This document shows, piece after piece, positions 13,255 through 25,287 of a stretch of DNA of 64,000 nucleotides. The position numbers and the translations under genes are program-made. Numbering within the stretch: the first letter of the stretch is position 1; each line of letters starts with the position of its first letter. Source of the DNA: Squalus acanthias (lineage: Eukaryota); assembly GCA_030390025.1 (NCBI GenBank), contig CM059431.1, forward strand, positions 106,580,001 to 106,644,000. The letters run 5' to 3'. A model generated the notes under the pieces. It made no database searches. It was not told the DNA's origin and was given only the letters and a program-made list of their open reading frames with translations.

Positions 13255-13640
13255 ACGGGGTACGGTAGCATAGTGGTTACGTTACTGGACTTGTAATCCA
13301 AGGCATGAGTTCAAATTCCACCACTGCAGCTGGGGAATTTAAATTCAGTTAATTAAATATATCTGGGATTAAAAAGCTAGTATCAATAATGGTGACCGTG
13401 AATCTATCGGATTGTCGTAAAACCCATCTGGTTCACTAATGCCCTTTAGGGAAGGAAATCTGCCGTCCTTACCCGGTCTGGACTCCAGACCCACAGCAAT
13501 ATGGTTTACTCTTAACTGGCCTCGGAAATGGCCTCACAAGCCACTCAGTTATATACAAGAAGGTGGCTCACCACCACCTCCTCGAGGGAATTAGGCCTTG
13601 CCGGAGATGTCCACATCCCGTGAATGAATAGAAAAAAAAA
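13255..13640 (+). mobile_element. tRNA-derived SINE (probably Meta-SINE/MER131-like) sharing its tail with the LINE at 37810-39223
   Basis: A-box TAGCATAGTGG, B-box GAGTTCAAATT, central CTGGTTCACTAATGCCCTTTAGGGAAGGAAA, tail AAGAAGGTGGCTCACCACCACC...CACATCCCGTGAATGAATA. Confidence 0.75.
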
Positions 13641-13964
13641 GAAACAAGAGAAGCACAGAAAAAAATAAAATAAGCTGTGAAGTGGAGGGCAGGAGGTGAT
13701 TGAATGTCAGAAGTGATGTTAGCAAAGTGACTAACGTTATATGAGTTGTCCTGTTTTGTGAAACTGGTCCATTCTCACTGCAGAGGCAACGCCATTGTTT
13801 TTTGGCTGGGATAGTCCCAGCCTTAGTCGCATTCCCTGCCTCTCTCTTGCGAAAGAAATGATAAAGAATCTGTAATCCTTTCAGCTTGGTAGGTCACAGG
13901 GATGGTGAGTCAGTGGGCGGGATAAACAGGACCGCAGCCTGGGAGGAGACAAACCACAGTTTGG

Positions 13965-14270
13965 TAGTGGACAGACCTTGGTTAGACCACACTTGGAGTA
14001 CTCTGAGCAGTTGAGGTCTCCGTTTTATAACAAGGAGGCACTGGATAAGATACAGAAAAGTTTACTAGAATGATACCCGTACTGAGAGGTTATACCCATC
14101 AGGAAATATTGAACAGGCTGGGGCCCTTTTCTCTATAAAAGCGAAGACTGAGGGTTGACCTGAAAGAGGTCTTTAAGATTATGAAAGGTTTGATAGGGTA
14201 GATGGAGAGAAGTGTTTCCACTTGCAACTCAGACCAGAACTAAGTGCCATAAATGTAAGATAGTCACTAA
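13965..14270 (+). mobile_element. Decayed CR1 RT C-terminal fragment
   Basis: LVRPHLEY-like and LRVDLKEVFKIMKG-like sequence. Confidence 0.7.
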
Positions 14271-14344
14271 TAGATATTTTAAGCTTCATTGGAACAGTGT
14301 AGGAGGCCGTAAGCTCAAGGAACAGCACCTCATCTTTCTATTAG

Positions 14345-14805
14345 TGTCAGCTGTGGCTCAGTGGGTAGCACACTCTCCTCTGAGTTGTGGGTTCAAGTCC
14401 CACTCCAGGGACTTGAGCACATAAATCTAGGCTGACACTCCAGTACCGTGCTGAGGGAGTGCTGCACTGTCGGAGGTGCCGTCTTTCGGATGAGACGTTA
14501 AACCGAGGCCCCGTCTGCTCTCTCAGGTGGACGTAAAAGATCCCATGGCACTATTTTGAAAACGAGCAGGGGAGTTATCCCCAGTGTCCTGGCCGATATT
14601 TATCCCACAATCAACATAACAAAAACAGTTTATCTGGTCATTATCACATTGCAGTTTGTGGGAGCTTGCTGAGTGCAAATTGGCTGCCGCGTTTCCCACA
14701 TTACAACAGTGACTACACTCCAAAAGTACATCATTGGCTGTAATGCGCTTTGAGATGTCCGGTGGTTGTGAAAGGCGCTATATAAATGCAAGTCTTTCTT
14801 TCTTT
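14345..14805 (+). mobile_element. DeuSINE
   Basis: Full head, Deu domain and (TCTT)n tail, flanked by duplicated TCTTTCTAT(T/C)AG. Confidence 0.9.
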
Positions 14806-15117
14806 CTATCAGGCACTTTACAGCCTTCTGGACTCAACATCGAGTTCAACAGTTTCAGTCCATAACCTCTGCCCCCATTTTTTCAGATGACAGCTGTTGC
14901 TGATTCTGCTATTCCCATTTACACCTCTTCTCGACCCATCTTTTGTTTCTTGTCCTATTACCATCTCCTTTTGCCCTGTACAATCATACCTTTTGTCATT
15001 TAATCTCTCCTGCCTTCCATCCTATCACAGACCTTCCCTTTTGTTCTTTCCTCCCCCTCCCCCACTTTCCCTGCTTCTGCACTTGCTTAAATCCTGTTAC
15101 ATCTCTTAACTTTTTCT

Positions 15118-15154
15118 AGTTCTGATGAAAGGTCATCGGCCTGAAACGTTAACT
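15118..15154 (+). ncRNA. Minimal type I hammerhead ribozyme motif (Penelope)
   Basis: AGTT-CTGATGA-A-AGGTC atc GGCCT-GAAA-CGTT-AACT. Confidence 0.75.
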
Positions 15155-15612
15155 CTGATTCTCTCTCCACAGATGCTGCCTGACCTGCTGAAGATTTTCA
15201 GCATTTTCTGTTTTTATTTCAGATTTCCAGCATCTGCAGTATTTTGGTTTAGATCAGTCTATTTGATTGTTAGAATATTTGGATGTAAAGGATGGTCTGG
15301 AGGGAGCGCAGAGAGGAAAATTGGGCAGAAGATTAGGTGGGTTCTGTTGCAGGCGGGAGATCCTCACTGTCCAATTTTCCTCTACCGACTCTGCCCCGGT
15401 AATCCTTTACATCCATGTCCAAAATGGGAAAATCCACCCTCTGCTATTTAATTGAATCAGATTGAGAGTGAATTAGTAGTAGTTGCAAAACTCTGGATCA
15501 GAAATAACATTTGTTTTGTATTTCTCTGCATGGTTAGTGATGTTATTGTGGATAGAAGCAAGATGTAGTGGACTTCATTCCACACCATCCATGGTCACTC
15601 TTTCAACCATGG

Positions 15613-16060
15613 TGTCAGCTGTGGCTCAGTGGGTAGCACACTCGCCTCTGAGTCAGAAGGTTGTGGGTTCAACTCCCACTCCAGGGACTTGAGCACATAA
15701 AGCTAGGCTGACACTCCAGTGCAGTGCTGAGGGAGCGCTGCACTGTCAGAGGTGCCGTCTTTCAGACGAGACGTTAAACCGAAGCCCCGTCTGCTCTCTC
15801 AAGTGGATGTAAAAGATCCCATGGCACTATTTCGAAGAAGAGCAGGGGAGTTATCCCCGGTGTCCTGGCCAGTATTTCTCCCTCAACCAACATAACAAAA
15901 ACAGATTATCTGGTCATTATCACATTGCTGTTTGTGGGAGCTTGCTGTGTGCAAATTGGCTGCCGCGTTTCCCACATTACAACAATGACTACACTCCAAA
16001 AGTACTTCATTGGCTGTAAAGCTCTTTGAGACGTCCAGTGGTCGTGAAAGGCGCTGTAGA
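15613..16060 (+). mobile_element. DeuSINE
   Basis: Near-identical to 14345-14805. Confidence 0.9.
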
Positions 16061-17512
16061 ATACTAGGCTTTCATTATGGTTGATCTGACTGTTGGCTTG
16101 TTCCACCAATGATTTTCATCTCTTTCTGTCTGTTGCTATTACTTGTTGACTTTAAACACCCACGTAATTTGAAGATTAAAGCCCAAATAATAGTAACCCC
16201 TCTCCAGTGAGAATACTCCTGAAAATCCCAATTCTAACCGACCGGTAGTAGCTTGACAACTTTGAGTTCCTGTTGCTGTCTGCATGCCAATATTCTAATC
16301 ATCTCTGCGATGAGATTGCACAATAGAGCCTCACTTTGTTAACCTCTGTTTTTTTCCAGTTACTGCCCTTCCGTTTTGCTTATCTCTGTCACAGACAGGC
16401 AGCATATCCCTCTACATCAAATCAAAAAGGCTGTTCAACTTGATTTAAATCACCATTATTACCTAGTTATCTGATTGTTAGGAGATTTGCAACATCAATA
16501 AAGAAAAATGTTACGGAAAATTGGCTCAAAACCACCTGGAGTTAGTGAATTCTGCGACATCACAAGTCTTGTTTTATTTCTGAGGAAGGCAGGTTAAGAA
16601 ATTCAGAATAGCAAAGAAACATATCACTTGAGTAGATCTGACCAGGTTTCAGCAGTTCAACTGATTTAAAACTGCCTCAACATTAAACGTAAATTCAAAA
16701 AGAAATCCATTCTGATAGTCCTGACATCACATCGCATTTAAGGTCTGAACAAAGCTTTCCTTTGACGCTTTATCTGATGATGCTGACTCTGAACTGATCG
16801 ACCTTGAAATATTTGCAGCGCTTGCACCAACAGACACTGTCTACTTATCATATTAAACTTCAGAGGTTTTAAAAAAAAAAATACTTTGGTAGCCAATGCA
16901 TATGAAAAAGGAAAAAAAAATGACTGAAATAAATAAGCAACCGTGAGCTTCAAAGGATTGAAGAGTTGACTACAGAAGGCTCGAAGGTTGGAAAAAGTCA
17001 CGCACCAGACCTGACGCCACATACTCTGTAGCGCATGATAGTTTAAATTAACATTGAGGCCTTATATGGACGCTGTGCCATTTGGAGCCCACAAAACAGT
17101 CAGAGATACAAAGCTCGAGTTAAATATTCATAAGGATTACGTTATGTAAAGCTGAAATGGGTTCTCAGTAATGCTTCTAAGAAAACACCAAGATACAGAC
17201 ATCAGCAAATTATAGGGTAGAGTATGGGGGAGGTCAACTGTGTTCAGACATCATTGCCGCAACATAAATATTTGGCTGAGTGGCAAGCTGTTGCTGCTTT
17301 CTGAATTACGGTACCGCTTAGTTCCTCGAGCTGTTAGAGCTGATTAGACCGCCGTAGAAACGAAAAAATAAAAAATCTGTCAGAGCTTGCGCAGTGCGAG
17401 CACCAATGGTTTTTTTTGCCCAATATGGCAGCAGGGTCCTGAAATAGGACCTTTCTTTGCACATTTAAATTGGACAGCCATGTCACTACTGTGTGTCAGA
17501 GGCAGGACCTCG

Positions 17513-18364
17513 CGCCCGGAAATTGGTATGAATTACTCCCCCGTTTCACGCCCGAAAAATGGGCAAAGCACATACCAATTTCAACCCCAAGTTCTCCGAT
17601 TACAAATCTTTACACGTACGCTCGTCATTTGATGCACAGGAACAATATATAAAGGGTAAATTTCACACACACAGAGCTGCACAAGTGCTGGGGCACAGTC
17701 CCAGGAGAGTGACCTTGGTTCCCTCGCCACCCCCCACCCTGCTCCTCCTCCTCCCATCCCCTGCCACCCTCTGCCCTTGTAGTGCCACAAAGCCAACTGG
17801 ACCAGACCGTCTGCAGCCAGGCACTCAAGGCCCAGAGCTGCTCAAGGTTGCCCACCACAGTTGTTTCCCCCCCTCATCCTCCAGCCCCAAAGGCAGACCC
17901 ACCAGGCCACCCATGACTGCAGTACTGTTTTGAGAAACAGTACTGCACCAGCAAAAACGTTCTTCGTAGAAGTCAGAAAAATAGGTTTGAAACATCCAAA
18001 AGTTAACCAGCAGCCTAAGAGGCCAATCCAGCAACCAAATTGTATGCAATGGATAAGCCCTGTAAGTAGCACTGCTGAAGGGTCCTTGCTGCCTGTTAGC
18101 GCCACAGGTTGCTGAGTGCGTTTATCACGTGGTGAGTCAGGCACTGGAGTGGCCTAAATTCACAAAAGGGTCCTACAACCAACGTAGGACCCTTACTTAA
18201 ATATTTTAATGACCATTTCGACGCCTACGGAGGAGCCCGATCCATTTTGGCGGGCGGCGCACTTCCAGTGCGGGACGGGCGTGCGCATGCCGCCCACCAT
18301 ATTGGATGCTTAGGCGCCCGTTTCACGCCTGTAAAACGGATGCGGCCTCATTTAATTCCTAGGC
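17513..18364. mobile_element. Probable MITE with an internal hairpin
   Basis: Degenerate TIRs GCCCGGAAATT / AATTCCTAGGC, CpG-rich arms and a 13-bp inverted repeat at 17918-17947. Confidence 0.5.
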
Positions 18365-18795
18365 TAGATTGTTTGCTCTCTGAAGCCGTCTTTATCCAAC
18401 CTGACGGTTGCATCTTTCACCTCCTCATACAAATGAACATGCTGGCGAAAAGTTGGGCTAATTGCCCACCTACTGCGAGGTAATTACGCTGAAAATTTTT
18501 TAAGTCTGGTGCAAACAGGCACAGGAAGCCTCTTGCACAGCATAAGGGGACCAGATGAGAAAATAGATCTGTAACAAGGCAAGGCAATGCTATAATGGGA
18601 AGTTTGTTTTAAGAGGTTATCATAATGAAGTGTTTGTAAGCACACTGAATAAAGCATTAAATGAGTGGTTTGTAACCTTTTTTTTTAATGAGAAGTTAAT
18701 AATCAGAGCATAGAGTAATGAGAGACTTGTATTGCCAGTATGCGTTATAAGAGGTTTGTAACAACTGGTGTTCGTGAATTTTGAATAAACATACT

Positions 18796-19539
18796 GGGCC
18801 GAAAATTGATCCCGGGACGCGAGAGTACGCACTGCATACTCTCGCGTATTCCCACTCCAATTGCCGGTTTTCTGCATGCCCTGCGCATGCGCTGAAAACC
18901 GGCAATTGCTCTTCCGAAAAGGGGGCGGGGCCGGAGTGCATCGCGTGCGCGCTACAGGCTGCGCGCACGCTGTGCACTTCATGCTTTGGACGCGCAGGTA
19001 AGTACTGAAGATTTTGGAAATGTAAAAAGGAGGAGTAAGACCCGCTTTTAAGAAGGTAAGTAGTGAATTAAGTATTTTTTTGAATTTTTTTTTACAGGTA
19101 TATCTTTTTTATAGACTTTAAAGACAGGTAAGTTTATTTTTATAACTTTTTAAAAGATTTTAAATTTTTTCAAAAATTTAATTTTTTATTTAAAATGGTT
19201 AATTTAATTAACTATACTTATTTTATTAATGTGATGGGTTTTTTTTTAAATTTAATTGAGGTTTAGCTGTTATTTTGGGGGGGTGTAAGATTCATAAGTC
19301 TCTCAGCCATGCTGTGAGACTTATGAATGGAAGATGGTGTGCTGCCATTGGCTCTAACTGAGTCACGTGATCCCACAGCTCGCACGAATTAACTACGCCG
19401 CTGGGATACGCAAGCCCAGCACAGCAGCTGTCCAGAACATCAATTTCGTGCGAGCTGGATCAGAAAAAGCATAAGCGAGGTGAGACATCGCGGGAAAGGC
19501 TTACCCCCGCGGGAACAGAGCGAGATCAATTTCTGGGCC
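18796..19539. mobile_element. MITE, family A (divergent subfamily)
   Basis: TIRs GGGCCGAAAATTGATC / GATCAATTTCTGGGCC with TSD ACT. Confidence 0.85.
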
Positions 19540-20579
19540 ACTTTGTTCTAATGAGAGATCTACAATGACAGATTGTTACCATGAGAAGATTGCAGTTACA
19601 TAATTTATTATAATAGCAGCCTTTTAGTGTTAGATTCCACTTCGGAGTCACGTATTTCTGTATAAAGGAGAGACAAAGAAAAGTCCCTGGTATTTCCGTG
19701 GAGTTTACCCAGAATTTCACTTAAGGATTATTAAGTAAATCAACTGTCCATCAGGTTCCCAGCATGAAGCTTGTACCTCCATAAAGCTTAGGTCTGTGCT
19801 TTTTAATTAATGCTTGATTTTGCCTTGTCTTCTATAAATCAAACAAATCAAAAATCTCCTCTGTTTCCCGATTGGCTAAGAGTCAGGAAGTGAAAGGAGC
19901 ACCGCCCCACGTGAGCCCAAGTTTGCATACGCACAGCGGTGCGCTCCTGGGCTGTGTGGGGCACGATGATACGCACAACTCTACAAGTTCTCGAAGGGGG
20001 GGTTTGCACGAAGAAAGTGTGGATTTCCTTCGGATGCCGGTGGCGTACGCCTTAGCTACGCCGCCGACCGCGAATTCAGGGCCAACATATTTGCACTTGA
20101 ACACAAAATAAACTTTCTCCATTAATTCAAGAACTATAGCTGTCTGCTGCAAAGTGAAAAGCAGAATTACTGTGTTTTTACTTTGGAGATCGTGACACTC
20201 CATGAAAATGTCATGTTAATTTACGATTCTACAGATTCAGAACTTAAGGTTGCCTGACTACTTATCAAGAAATGTTATTGTTCACTGAGTTGAACAGAGA
20301 GGACGGTCTTGTCAGATTTGTCACGCTTGTGGTGTTACAATATTTGCACTACCTTACATTCTATACAATACGGGTCTTACAGGAGATTCAAAGGAGATTC
20401 TGTGCCCGATACAGGAAGTTATCAAATACAATGCTTGACCGATAAATGAGGAAGACAGCGTGACATTTGAGCAACGCAATTGTATGACTGGGATAAACAT
20501 TATTTTCATCATCTTCCTCTCAGACTATCATGTAGTGAGCGCGTTGTAGAGAATGGAAAAGTGTATGAATGTGCTAATC

Positions 20580-20925
20580 GCAGAATCATACAGCACAGAA
20601 GGAGGCCATTCGGCCCATCGTGCCTGTGCCGGCTCTTTGAAAGAGCTCTCCAATTAGTCCCACTTCCCCCTGCTCTTTCCCCGTAGCCCCGCAAATTTTG
20701 CCTTTTCAAGTATTTCTCCAAATCCCTTTTGAAAGTTACTATTGAATCTGCTTCCACCGCCCTTTCAAGCAGGTCATTCCAGATTATAAAAATAAATTCT
20801 CCTCATATCTCCTCTGGTTCTTTTGCCAATGACCTTAAATCTGTGTGCTCTGGTTACCAACCCTCCTGCCAGTGGAAACAGTTTCTCCTTATTTACTCTA
20901 TCGAAACCCTGCATAATTGTGAACA
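20580..20925 (-). mobile_element. CR1 3' fragment
   Basis: EADSIVTFKRDLEKYLK...GYGERAG plus the 3' UTR. Confidence 0.8.
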
Positions 20926-21804
20926 CTAATGATGGTGTAATATCACTGTATTTAAATAGTGCATGAGTTACTGTTTTATATTATTTTGTTAAAAATGTAA
21001 AATTAATTTATCTTACAGTACTGGGTCCCAGAATTTGACAGAGGTTCTGCCAATCCCTCGCCTAGGAGCCGAGGAGACCAGGTTACATTGGGACTCCGCA
21101 CTTTCAGCCAAATTCCGCATTACTTGTAAGGAGCAGAACTTTTGTTCACTCTTTGAAAGGCAAATGATGGGCTAGGGATGGGGCCTGGGGAGGGGACTGC
21201 CTTAGTGAGCCCCGATTCATGAGTCAGGAATTGGGGAACCAGCCTATCAGCTGCGGTCAGAATAGCGAGAAAGATGAGGCGTACCAGTCTCTACAGGGTG
21301 TATCTGGGCTTCCACAGGGTGTACCGACCTCCACAAGGTGTATCTTTGCCTCCACAGGGTGTATCTTTGCCTCCACTGGGTATTCGTCTCACAGGGTGTA
21401 TCTAGGCCTCACCAATGCAGTCCAGGCCTGAGAAGCGGCCTGGACTCCTGAAGAGGACAAAATTTGAAGAAACAAATTCCTGGATTGGTCCCCTTGCTCA
21501 CTGGGCCCAATCGGAGTGGTGGCAGGGTCGGGTGGGGGGAGGCAACCCGTCTCCGTAGAAGGGCAGCCGTACCAAATTCCAAGTGCACGGTGCAGTCGGG
21601 TGCTAAAGAAGCGCCCGCTTGCCACTTGCGCTCACGAGCCCTGTGTAAACGAGGTGCCCCACCCCACTGACCCTGCAAAGACCGGTGGGAGTCAGTGCCA
21701 AAGAGAACTAGTGGGCAACTGTCCCAAAACAACCACTGGGGTTGCAACCTGTACAATATCAGGGCTTTGATGGGTTTTGTTTGCCCTGGTGGTCTAACCT
21801 GGGA

Positions 21805-22025
21805 GTGGTTAGAATGAGGAACTCGCTACCACATGGAATAGTTGAGGCAAATAGCATAGATGCATTTAAGGGGAAACGAGATAAACACATGAGGGAGAAG
21901 GAAATAGAAGGTTATGCAGATAGGATGAGACGAAGTAGAGTGGGAGGAGGCTGGTGTGGAGCATCAACAACGGCATAGACCAGTTGGGCTGAATGGCCTG
22001 TTTCTGTGCTATAAATTCTAGTATA
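21805..22025 (+). mobile_element. CR1 3' fragment
   Basis: VVRMRNSLPHGIVEANSIDAFKGK; similar to 39870-40120. Confidence 0.8.
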
Positions 22026-23084
22026 TAAACGCATAGCATGAACGTACTCCTTTAAAATGGTGCCACAGACAGTTCAAATCCCGTCTTTAGGGCGTTGGTT
22101 ACAGCTGGCCACCTGTATTTCCTTTCTCACTACAACTTGAAGCTTACAGCAAAGCGGTTCCAATAGGTTGTTATCTTAGCTGCAGTGGAATAAGTTCCAA
22201 ATCCAACATGCTTGAGAAAACAACCATTTACCTAATGTCATTCTTGCCACATATGTTGCATAAATAGTTTATTCCAAGAGCAGTATAATACTGACAACTC
22301 CCAAGTGACAAAGTCAACCAGAGACTTATAAAGCCCTTCCTCATAAATTGAATGATTTCTGTTTCCAAGGTTTCCTGATTAAGCTTTGAGTTTACACAAG
22401 ATTGTCTTTTGTGTAATAAAACATTAAAAATGAAATAATGAATAAATTATGCAGATTATAGGATGCCTGGTGATATCTTTTACATTGTGTGTATAAATGA
22501 CAGTCTGTGCACCTGCCAGTGTTCTCGCAAAGATCTGATCGGATCAAGAGTATTTTCCCCATTTGAAATATTACATATGCTTATTATTTTTGCAACATTA
22601 TATTTTAAATTAGTAAATTATGCTAGAACGTATCTAAAAACGATTGATTTATAAGAATTAAAGACACGTTTCCTGCAGGACTACATGCTGGAAAAAATGT
22701 AACTTTGTCATAATTTGACCAATGCTACAATGCAATGGGTTTAATGAGATGCTGACCTTGCTTGCATTGGTATTCACTGGAAAATTAGGTGTACATACAA
22801 CTTAATAGTATCCCTTGTTGACCAAATTATGGTTTCTGATTCATTTCATTACATAAGAACATAAGTAACAGGAGCAGGAGTAGGCCATTTGGCCCTCCGA
22901 GCCTGCTCCGCCATTCAATAAGATCATGGCTGATCTTCTACCTCAACTCCACTGTTCTTATTTTGTTCTTATTTGTAGGGAACATTTGGATTTTAACCAG
23001 AGCTAGAACTTCAAAGTACAGGGTAATAAAAACTCTCTTAACAATACACTGGCCTGGAACTTGCGGTCCTGATGACAGCGAACA

Positions 23085-23460
23085 AGTTATGGGACAAGTT
23101 AAGATACAAATGACTCTAGATGAAGTGTAAATGGGAATAGCAGAATCATCAGCAGGTGTCATGTGAGAGAGAAAAAAAAATAGGGGCAGAGGTTATGGTC
23201 TGAAATTGTTGAACTCGATGTTGAGTCCAGAAGGCTGTAAAGTGCCTAATAGAAAGTTGAGGTGCTGTTCCTCGAGCTTACATTGAGCTTCATTGGAAGA
23301 GTGTAAGAGGCCGAGGATGGAGAGGTCAGAGTGGGAGTGGAGTGGAGAATTAAAGTGACAGGCGACCGGAAGCTCGGGGTCACGCTTAAGGACTGAACGA
23401 AGGTGTTCCGCAAAGTGGTCACCCAATCTGCGTTTGGTCTCCCCAATGTAGAGGAGAGTA
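23085..23460 (-). mobile_element. Penelope-like GIY-YIG fragment
   Basis: LYIGETKRRLGDHFAEHLRSV...GLNIEF. Confidence 0.85.
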
Positions 23461-23884
23461 GAAGAGAGATGAGAGTTGACATTCAAGCCATATCCACAGA
23501 ATACTCAGAGAAAAGGAAATCTTTTCCTGATATTGGAGATTGGTTTTGCTAATTCTCCTCGGGTTACTCACAGTATTCCTGCATTATTTGAATGGAAAGT
23601 TTGAGGATCCAAATTGTTTTACAGTTGCTTCCCAAGTTTAAAAAAATCTATCTTCAATATCACTTGGCACTGCAACCTCTAACCATAACAAGTATGATAA
23701 TTACACATTAAGGACGCTCAGATGTAATTTAACTGCTGGCAGCTGTCCTGCACTGAGCATAGGAGATATTATTTTATACCATTTTGCATTAATAAATGTA
23801 CCCTTTGTTATTCGTTAACCATCATCCCCCCAAAAGGATAAGACTTCATCTGTTGGGCAACTTACATTTTATAACAGTTCGAGT

Positions 23885-24450
23885 TTATAAAGCGCTGGTT
23901 AGGCCACAACTGGAGTATTGCATCCAGTTCTGGTCACCACACTTTAGGAAGGATGTGAAGCCCTTGAGAGGGTGCAAAGGAGATTTACCAGAATGGTTTC
24001 GGGGATGGGGGATCTTAGCTACAAGGACAGGTTGGAGAAGCTGGATTTGTTTTCATTAGTGTAAAGGAGGTTGAGGGGTGATTTGATAGAGGTGTACAAG
24101 ATTATGATAGGTTTGGATAGGCTAGACAGGGAAAGGCTGTTCCCACTAGTTGATAGTACAAGGACTAGGGGACACAGATTTAAGGTTTTGGGCAAGAGAT
24201 ACAGGGGGGACGTGAGGAAAAACTTTTTTACGCAGCGAGTGGTGATGACCTGGAACTCGCTGCCGACGGAAGTGGTGGAAGCGGAGACACTCAATGTTTT
24301 CAAGGGGAGACTGGATAGGCACTGGAGAGAAATAAACTTGCAGGGCTACGGGGTTAGAGCGGGGGAATGGGACTGACTGGATTGCTCTACAGAGAGCCGT
24401 CACAGACTCGATAGGCCGATTGGCCTCCTTCTGTGCCGTTATGACTCACT
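23885..24450 (+). mobile_element. CR1 3' fragment with a TATGACTC-type tail
   Basis: YKALVRPQLEYCIQFWSP and RGDLIEVYKIM...RKNFFTQRVV. Confidence 0.9.
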
Positions 24451-25276
24451 GGGGGTGATCTTGCCAGCCCTGGGGAGGCAGGTATGGAGGTGGGACTGCC
24501 AGGAAAATGGCAGAATTTGGGGGCGGGTGCCCAACCCGCCTCCGTGCCATCTTGCCAGGAGGCGGGTAGCCGTCCTGCGCCGGGTCCCGTCTCCTTGGAG
24601 GCGGGAAGGGATTAAAGCCACTTAACTGCCTGTTAACAGGTAGTTAACAGGCAGAAAATAGGATTATCACCATTTTGCCCTCACAAGTGCGGGCTTCCCG
24701 AAGGCTCCGAAACCCGCCAGGGTCACCGAGGCGAGGAGGGGGTCGGAGGGGTCCAAAAGTGTGCTGTGGAGGTGAGTGATGGGTGCAAGTGTGGAGAGGT
24801 GAGTATCTGAGGTAAGTGCAAAGTGTTAGAAAAAGTTTACTTACCTTTGTTTCTTCCTGCAGGCTTCAGTCGGTGGGGATGCGGAGAGTCTCGCACCTCC
24901 GCGGTAGAGATGACAGATGGCCGTTGCATTCTCCAATGCAACAATCATCTCATTTCTGCAAAAGAAAGAGGTTTGATGAGGTCTTGAATTCAAGACCTCA
25001 TCAAACTACAGTGACTGTCGCTGTTTGACAGCTTCACAGAGCTGTCAAACGATGACAATTCATCTGTCAAAAATTTTTGACAGATGAAACATCATACGTT
25101 GACGTTCTCTGCAATCGGCTTTCCCTTAATTGGCCTGCTAAGCCCGCTGGGCAGGCTTAACAAGCTCAATCAAGGGAAAATAGCGTGCGTTGGCCAGAAG
25201 TTGATGGAGGAGAGACTGAAACCCTGACAAGTGGGAGTCCCGCCTCCAAAAGCTCCCCATTGGCAAAATCACCCCC
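24451..25276. mobile_element. MITE, family B (Harbinger-type)
   Basis: TIRs GGGGGTGATCTTGCCA / TGGCAAAATCACCCCC (15/16 match). Homologous to 35690-36496. Confidence 0.85.
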
Positions 25277-25287
25277 TATGACTCTAT

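Larger units (their letters stand above)
14275..15250 (+). mobile_element. Penelope-like element 3' end (second family), interrupted by a DeuSINE
   Basis: KLKEQHLIF...GTLQPSGLNIEF GIY-YIG tail. Homologous to 60915-62232. Confidence 0.8.

Noticed and set aside
21285..21405. Tandem CCTCCACAGGGTGTATCT units
   Set aside because: A short degenerate minisatellite with no unique spacers.
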